Assembly: GCA_965248195.1 (NCBI GenBank)
Contig: CBDFIQ010000002.1
Span: 3,168,001 to 3,232,000 of the forward strand
From: Longimicrobiales bacterium
GTDB taxonomy: Bacteria > Gemmatimonadota > Gemmatimonadetes > Longimicrobiales > Gaopeijiaceae
Length of the DNA: 64,000 nt
Direction: 5' to 3'
Shown: positions 58,082 to 64,000 of the stretch, in pieces
Layout of the letters: each line of letters begins with the position of its first letter
Position numbering within the stretch: position 1 is the stretch's first letter
Translations under genes and position numbers: made by a program
The notes under the pieces: generated by a model
What the model was told of the DNA's origin: nothing
Databases searched by the model: none
What the model saw: the letters and a program-made list of their open reading frames with translations, nothing else

Positions 58082-59923
58082 GTGCCGCCTAGTGTAGTGT
58101 CGCCAAGAGCCCGACCGGTAGATCTCCCACCCTTCAAGGAGCGAATGATCGCGCTCCGCCTCCTACCACGGTTTCTGGGTATGGCGTGGAGGGCTCAGCC
58201 GGTCTATGCCGCCGTCATCGTCTCGTTCCGGGTCCTGCTGGCGTTCTCGCCCGTGGTCCAGCTTTGGATCGGAAAGCTCATCATCGACGCGGTCCTGGCG
58301 AACATTGGGGCGCCTACTCCCGAATGGACCGGAATTTTTCGCCTGGTCGCATTGGAACTGGTGGTGGCGCTTGCGTCGGACGTACTCCAGCGCACGTCGA
58401 ACCTCCTCGAGAGCCTCCTCGGTGATCTCTTCGGCAATCGGTTGTCGGTGCGGCTCATGGAGCACGCCGCCACGCTGGACTTGGAGAACTTCGAGAATCC
58501 CGAATTCTACGACTCGCTGGAGCGAGCTCGCCGCCAGACCGTGGGGCGGATCGGGCTGTTGACGGTCCTGCTCGGCATCGGGCAGAACGCCCTGACGTTG
58601 ATCTCTCTCCTTGCCGCGCTCATCGCCTTCAACGGCTGGCTCCTGTTGATGCTGGTGTTTACCGTACTGCCGTCCTTCATCGGCGAGACGCACTTCGCGG
58701 GTCTCTCGTACTCGCTGCTCTACAAGTGGACCCCCGAGCGCAGGGAGCTCGACTACCTTCGCTATGTGGCGACCAGTGACGTGACCGCCAAGGAAGTGAA
58801 GCTCTTCGGCCTTGCCGACTACTTCACGCGCAAGTACGAGCGTCTCGCAGACGAATTCTACGAAGCCAACCGGGCGCTCTCCATTAAGCGTGCCACCACC
58901 TCCGGAGGGCTCACCGCCGTGTCCACCATCGGGTATTACGCGGCCAACGTCTTCATCATCGTCGACACAGTGCGTGGAATTCTCACGCTGGGCGATCTCA
59001 CATTCCTGGTCGGATCGTTCCAGCGGAGCCGCAGCCTGATCAGTGGGATTTTGCTGCGGTCCGCCGACGTGTACCAGCAGAGCCTTTTCTTGAGAGATCT
59101 GTTCACCTTCCTCGAGATGAAGCCCCGGACGGCGAGCCCCGAACATCCCGTGCCGGTGTCCCGGCCGATTCGAGAAGGCGTGGTTTTCGAGAACGTGGGA
59201 TTCCGGTACCCGGACACCGAGGCCTGGGCCCTTCGCGACGTCTCGTTGAGGATCGGGGCGGGAGAGCGCGTTGCGCTCGTGGGGGAAAATGGTGCCGGCA
59301 AGACCACGATGGTCAAGCTGCTGACCCGCCTCTACGACCCGACCGAAGGGCGGATCCTGTTGGATGGCGTCGACCTTCGCGAATACGATGTCGATCAGAT
59401 CCGAAGGGCGATCGGCGTCATCTTTCAGGACTTCGTGCGATACGACTTACTGGTACGTGAAAACATCGCGGTAGGGCAGATCGATGCCATCGGCGATCAA
59501 CCCCGTATCGAACAGGCCGCGGAGATGAGCCTTGCCGACAGCGTCGTTGCCGGCTTGGAGAGTGGCCTGGATCACATGCTCGGGCGCCGCTTCAAAGGCG
59601 GGGCCAACCTCTCCGGGGGCGAGTGGCAGAAAATCGGCCTCGCTCGTGCATACGTGCGTGACGCGCAGATCCTCATTCTCGATGAGCCGACGGCCGCCCT
59701 CGACGCCAGGGCTGAATATCAGGTGTTCGAGAGGTTTTCGGAGCTCACGGAAGGGAAGATGGCTGTGCTCATTAGCCACCGGTTCTCGACTGTACGGATG
59801 GCGGACCGCATCGTGGTATTGGAGAACGGGACGGTGATCGAAGATGGAACGCATGACGACTTGCTGGTGCTTTCCGGCCGTTACGCGGAATTGTTCACGC
59901 TCCAGGCTGTGGGGTACCGGTAA
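58082..59923 (+). CDS. ABC transporter, fused permease/ATP-binding (exporter type)
   Basis: TM domain followed by [26 protein letters not shown] and ISHRFST. Confidence 0.92.
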   Translation: MPPSVVSPRARPVDLPPFKERMIALRLLPRFLGMAWRAQPVYAAVIVSFRVLLAFSPVVQLWIGKLIIDAVLANIGAPTPEWTGIFRLVALELVVALASDVLQRTSNLLESLLGDLFGNRLSVRLMEHAATLDLENFENPEFYDSLERARRQTVGRIGLLTVLLGIGQNALTLISLLAALIAFNGWLLLMLVFTVLPSFIGETHFAGLSYSLLYKWTPERRELDYLRYVATSDVTAKEVKLFGLADYFTRKYERLADEFYEANRALSIKRATTSGGLTAVSTIGYYAANVFIIVDTVRGILTLGDLTFLVGSFQRSRSLISGILLRSADVYQQSLFLRDLFTFLEMKPRTASPEHPVPVSRPIREGVVFENVGFRYPDTEAWALRDVSLRIGAGERVALVGENGAGKTTMVKLLTRLYDPTEGRILLDGVDLREYDVDQIRRAIGVIFQDFVRYDLLVRENIAVGQIDAIGDQPRIEQAAEMSLADSVVAGLESGLDHMLGRRFKGGANLSGGEWQKIGLARAYVRDAQILILDEPTAALDARAEYQVFERFSELTEGKMAVLISHRFSTVRMADRIVVLENGTVIEDGTHDDLLVLSGRYAELFTLQAVGYR

Positions 59924-61566
59924 TCCACGTTGGGCGGATGGCTCCACCGGACCATCCTTGAGCGTTTCTTCCAGGCGCGCGGGGCCGGAGCGTAGAGGCC
60001 TTCGAAGAGCTCGAACAACGCCGGATCGAAGATTCTTCCGCAATCCTCGCGCATGACCGAGAGCGCGTGACCGGGCGTCAATCCGGCCCGGTAGCTCCGG
60101 GTGGAGGTGAGCGCGTCGAATACGTCGGCAAGGCAGAGGATCCGGGCCGAAAGAGGAATATCGTCCCCGACCAGGCCGTCCGGGTACCCGCTGCCGTCCC
60201 AGTGCTCGTGATGATGGCGCACCATCGGTCGGATATCCCAGGGGAACTCGATCTCCCGGAGCAGGTGCACACCCGCTTGGGGATGGGCCTTCATGGTGGC
60301 CCATTCCTTGGTGGTAAGGCGGCCGGGTTTGTTCAGGATGGACGAGGGCACGACGATTTTGCCCACGTCGTGGAGTAGCGCGCCCATCCGGAACCACCTC
60401 AGGCGCTCCGAATCCATCCCCGAGGCAGAAGCCAGGGCGCAGGCGTAGTTAGCGACGCGCTCACAGTGTCCTTGGGTGTAGTGGTCCTTTGACTCGATCG
60501 ACTCCCCCCACGTACGGACCACGTCCAGGAAACGGTGCTCGAGTCGAGTGACGCACTCCCGGACTTCCGCGAGGTTATGCTTCGCGTTGAAGTCGGAGAA
60601 GAGTCGGAAGCTCTCGTTCAGGGCCTTGAGCGTATCCTGATTTCGGCCTTGTTTTCTATAGACTTCGGCCAGCTCCTGCGCCGTCTCTGCGGCCAGAAGC
60701 GTGTCCTTTTCATTGTCGGCCACCCGACGGGCCTGGGCGAGCGAGTCCAAGGCCAACTCCAGCCGACCTGTGGAGTGGTAGATGGCTCCGTAGTGCTTGA
60801 GAATCTCTCCCGTCCATCGCCCGCCCGAGACGTCACGGGAGAGGCTGCAGGCTCGATCGCACGACTCGCGGGCGCGCTCGAAATCCTTCCTCATGATCCA
60901 CATCCGTGCCAGATTGACGTGACTGAGCACCTGGTGGTCGATGTCTCCGGACTGCTTGCATCTTCGCCCGGCTTCCAAGAGGGCAATTTCCGCATCGGCC
61001 CACTCGCCCAGATCGGCGTGCAAGTGGCCAATGTTGTTGAGAATGGGGCCGACCCAGTCGTCTTCCCCAAGCGCGTCGTACGCCTCCTTACTCAACCGGT
61101 ACTGGTGGAGCGCCTCGGCGAAGTCCCCCTGGATGTTGCTGATTACGCCGAGGTTCTGGTGGATCATCGCGGCCAGGCTTTCGTCCCCGCAAGCCAGCGC
61201 TCGCTGGAGGCTCCAGGTGTAGTGATTGGCGGCAGCCTGGAGGTTTCCACGCATCTGCTCCACGATGCCCTTCCCATTCACCGCATGCGCCTGTCCCGAA
61301 ACGTCGCCGTTCGCCTCTGCGACCCCGAGTGCGGCCTCGAAGCAGTCCATTGATGCCATGAGGCGCCGGCCGTCGTAGTGCGTCCGGGCGATCCACCGCA
61401 GAATCGCGGCGGCGAGAATCGCGTGCTCGGAGTGGTCGAGGGTCCGGAGCGCGGCCTCATATAAGGAGCGAGCCCGGCTCCGGCGAGTTTCCCGTTCCGC
61501 CGCCCGTGCGTGGGCGATCAGCTCTCGCGCGGCCTCCGGAATGTCCTCGTCGGTGGTCGATTCCAC
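59881..61566 (-). CDS. TPR-repeat + HD-GYP phosphodiesterase
   Basis: TPRs (QNLGVISNIQGD), KDHYTQGHCERV, LLHDVGK and HHEHWDGSGYPDG. Start re-called at GTG 61566. Confidence 0.88.
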   Translation of the reverse strand: MESTTDEDIPEAARELIAHARAAERETRRSRARSLYEAALRTLDHSEHAILAAAILRWIARTHYDGRRLMASMDCFEAALGVAEANGDVSGQAHAVNGKGIVEQMRGNLQAAANHYTWSLQRALACGDESLAAMIHQNLGVISNIQGDFAEALHQYRLSKEAYDALGEDDWVGPILNNIGHLHADLGEWADAEIALLEAGRRCKQSGDIDHQVLSHVNLARMWIMRKDFERARESCDRACSLSRDVSGGRWTGEILKHYGAIYHSTGRLELALDSLAQARRVADNEKDTLLAAETAQELAEVYRKQGRNQDTLKALNESFRLFSDFNAKHNLAEVRECVTRLEHRFLDVVRTWGESIESKDHYTQGHCERVANYACALASASGMDSERLRWFRMGALLHDVGKIVVPSSILNKPGRLTTKEWATMKAHPQAGVHLLREIEFPWDIRPMVRHHHEHWDGSGYPDGLVGDDIPLSARILCLADVFDALTSTRSYRAGLTPGHALSVMREDCGRIFDPALFELFEGLYAPAPRAWKKRSRMVRWSHPPNVDYRYPTAWSVNNSA

Positions 61567-61570
61567 GGTC

Positions 61571-62611
61571 TCAAACGCCCTCTTCGAGGCCGTAGTCGCG
61601 GATCTTGCGGTGGATCGTCGGCCGTGAAATCGCGAGGATGCGTGCGGCAGCGCTTCGATTACCACCAGTCAGCCTCAGTGTAATGCGCAGCGCCTCGGCT
61701 TCGATCTCCGCGAAGGTCATGCCGGTGTCGGGAATATGGATCGCCTGTTCCGGATCGTCGTCTCTTCCCTCACCGCTCCCGTGTCGCTCGAAGATGCTCA
61801 GGTGAGTGGCGTTTATTTCCGGCCCGTCGCTGAGGACGATGGCCCGCTGAATGACGTTCTTCAACTCTCGGACATTTCCGGGCCAGTTATGGAGCTTGAG
61901 TATGTCGATCGCGTCGGCTCTGAAGGATTTGGGAGTGATGCCCATCTCATGGGAGATCTGCTCCACGAAGTGGCGCGCCAAGATCACGGGGTCGTCTCCC
62001 CGCTCACTCAGTGCCGGGATGTTGATCCGAAGGACGTTGAGCCGGTAGAACAAGTCCTCCCTGAAGCGCCCCTCGCTCAGGGCGTCCTCGAAGGATCCGT
62101 TCGAGGACGCGATTAGCCGGCACCGTGCCTCAATTTCGTCCGTGCCTCCGACCCGGCGGAAGCGCCGTTCCTCCAGGGCTCGCAACAGCTTCGGCTGTAG
62201 GTTGGGCGGCAGCTCGCTGATTTCGTCGAGGAAAAGAGTCCCTGCGCCTGCTAGCTCGAGCAGACCAAGCTTGCGGGCTCGGGCGTCGGTGAAGGCGCCC
62301 CGCTCATGGCCGAAGAGCTCGGACTCCAGGAGGTTTGCTGGGATCGCCGCGCAGTTTACCTCGACGAAGGGCTCTTGAGCCTCCGGGCTCGCGTAATGGA
62401 TGCCCCGCGCGAAGAGACCCTTGCCCGTCCCCGTATCCCCCACGATGAGCACGGTCGTGCCCCGGCGAGTTGCGACGCGCATGGAGAACTGGATTGCTTT
62501 GAGTAGAGAGGGGCTCCGGCCGACTATGGCCTGGAAGCCGATGTCGGTGGCATGTCTGCCCGACGGCGCGAAGTCTGCGTGGACTTCTCTACTGGCGAGT
62601 TGGTAGCTCAC
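61571..62611 (-). CDS. Sigma54-dependent enhancer-binding protein without N-terminal sensor domain
   Basis: GDTGTGK, ESELFGHERGAFTDA, FLDEI, WPGNVREL and a Fis-type HTH. Only ~25 aa precede the AAA domain. Confidence 0.92.
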   Translation of the reverse strand: MSYQLASREVHADFAPSGRHATDIGFQAIVGRSPSLLKAIQFSMRVATRRGTTVLIVGDTGTGKGLFARGIHYASPEAQEPFVEVNCAAIPANLLESELFGHERGAFTDARARKLGLLELAGAGTLFLDEISELPPNLQPKLLRALEERRFRRVGGTDEIEARCRLIASSNGSFEDALSEGRFREDLFYRLNVLRINIPALSERGDDPVILARHFVEQISHEMGITPKSFRADAIDILKLHNWPGNVRELKNVIQRAIVLSDGPEINATHLSIFERHGSGEGRDDDPEQAIHIPDTGMTFAEIEAEALRITLRLTGGNRSAAARILAISRPTIHRKIRDYGLEEGV

Positions 62612-62636
62612 GGCTCAATTCGACTCGTGGAACGGG

Positions 62637-63695
62637 TCATCGCGCTTCGGAGAGCACCTGGTCTAAGCGCTCCTGAACGGCTGTGGCGTCGAGGCTGGCG
62701 TTCATCTTGGTGAAGAGCTTGTTTGCCCGCTCAAAAAACTCTCGCGCGCTCTCGAACTCTCGGGCCTGTGCGTGGGTTTCCCCCAGCTCTCTCGCCGCCT
62801 CCGCGGTCAGGAGTATGTCCTCGCTTTCCTCAGCCAACTTGTGGGATTCGGTCAATGTTTCGGTCGCGATAGAGAATTCGCCCTGAGCTCTCTGGATCAT
62901 TCCGAGGAATTTGAGCCCATCCGCCCTCCGGAGGGGGTCGCCTCTCTCTTCGGCGATCGCCAGCGTACCAGATACGTGAAGCTCGGCGTCGGTCCACTGC
63001 TCCAGTTTGATGTAGACCTCAGCGAGGTTCGACTCCAAGAGTGCCTGTGTGTGGAGATCCTTCTGGTTTCTCGCGATCTCGAGGGCGCGCAGGAAATACT
63101 GCTCCGCCTCCCGGTACTTCTCGAAGTCTGTATGGAGCATCCCCAGGTTGTTGAGGACCCAGGACATCCCTTCCTGGAAGGCGCCTTCTTCGAACTGGCG
63201 TAAGCTGGCCCTGTAACGTACCAGCGCCCCATCCAGGTCGCCCTGGATGTTTGCGAGCACCCCGAGGTTCTGCTCCACCATTCCGGCCAACCGGTGCTCC
63301 CCTGCACGGTTGGCTTGGCGGGCTGCCTGCCGGTAGAGGCCTCGTGCTCCCTCCACGTCCCCCCGGCGTTGTGCGATGATGGCAAGGCAGTTGAGGGCGT
63401 GTGCCTCTCCCGCCTCGTAACCGACCTCGTGAGCCGAGGCACGACTCTCTTGGTAATGGAATTCGGCGGCCGCGGTTTGCCCCAGTTCTCTACGTGTCGT
63501 TCCGAGCCAACGGAGGACGTCCACTCGGAGAGGCGACGGCTCGGAGTCGGGCAGCAGCGAGATGGCCTCCTCGAGCTTGGATAGTGAATCCCGGAGAGCT
63601 CCCTGGGTTTCCGCCTCGCGTCCCTCCCGGGCGAGCTCCCTGGCTTGAGCCTGTCTCCCGTCGCGAGATTCGTTCTTGGGGTCATTCGTGCGCAC
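62637..63695 (-). CDS. Stand-alone TPR protein, paralogous to the TPR part of the HD-GYP protein
   Basis: AHALNCLAIIAQRRGD, QNLGVLANIQGD and VLNNLGMLH. Confidence 0.85.
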   Translation of the reverse strand: MRTNDPKNESRDGRQAQARELAREGREAETQGALRDSLSKLEEAISLLPDSEPSPLRVDVLRWLGTTRRELGQTAAAEFHYQESRASAHEVGYEAGEAHALNCLAIIAQRRGDVEGARGLYRQAARQANRAGEHRLAGMVEQNLGVLANIQGDLDGALVRYRASLRQFEEGAFQEGMSWVLNNLGMLHTDFEKYREAEQYFLRALEIARNQKDLHTQALLESNLAEVYIKLEQWTDAELHVSGTLAIAEERGDPLRRADGLKFLGMIQRAQGEFSIATETLTESHKLAEESEDILLTAEAARELGETHAQAREFESAREFFERANKLFTKMNASLDATAVQERLDQVLSEAR

Positions 63696-63755
63696 TGTCT
63701 TTGATCTCCGGCAAGTGGGGGGGTAGGATGAACGACATGGAGACCACTTTCCCGC

Positions 63756-64000
63756 TCATCCTGAGGCTACTGCATACCCCAAATAGCGCGCAATTCCAAA
63801 GAAGTGTTCGGTCTCAGGGACGACAGCTTCGCCGTCCGTAATCTCAAGGACGACGGTTCCGTCGTCCATATAAATGGGAAGGGTCTTTAAGGGCGTTACT
63901 CCGGACGTGGAATCTCCCTCGAAGTAGACCACGCCGAGGAGCCCCACCAAATAACGTCGCATTTCGTCGCCGTCGAAGATTTCCTCTTCGCCCCACTCCA
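63756..64000 (-). CDS. Hypothetical protein, C-terminal part (truncated by window edge)
   Basis: Frame is open from the window edge (EWGEEEIFDGDEMRRY...GYAVASG*). Confidence 0.55.
   Translation of the reverse strand, partial: EWGEEEIFDGDEMRRYLVGLLGVVYFEGDSTSGVTPLKTLPIYMDDGTVVLEITDGEAVVPETEHFFGIARYLGYAVASG

Overview
GC-rich bacterial chromosome segment, probably Gemmatimonadota. This assignment is inferred from the Hanks-kinase stub, the TPR/HD-GYP/sigma54 trio and the MoxR-DUF4159 operon, not from a marker gene. Layout: (1) 1-13.1 kb is an accessory mosaic of mostly exported proteins, interleaved with a ~50-bp promoter-like repeat (3 copies, 2 followed by truncated Ser/Thr-kinase 5' ends), a duplicated hairpin, a degenerate attC-like site and an IS481 cut off by an IS256. 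(2) 13.3-19.3 kb is an 8-gene type II fatty-acid-synthase-like cluster (enoyl reductase, FabH, FabA, FabZ, FabB/F, ACP, acyltransferase, PPTase) that overlaps a convergent permease. (3) A MITE-like element and a kup remnant follow, then mostly housekeeping genes: aminotransferase, RsmC-like methyltransferase, GltD-like protein with 2-oxoacid:ferredoxin oxidoreductase, thiC with a TPP riboswitch, ettA, a multicopper oxidase-ZIP operon with a DtxR-type box, hemY and hemH. (4) 39.9-55.4 kb is a MoxR/DUF58/vWA/DUF4159 operon with one frameshift. (5) A second IS256 with an 8-bp target duplication sits upstream of ferritin, followed by an ABC transporter and a TPR / sensor-less sigma54 activator / TPR-HD-GYP trio. 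No rRNA, tRNA or CRISPR array was seen. All calls come from reading motifs by eye; no database searches were run.
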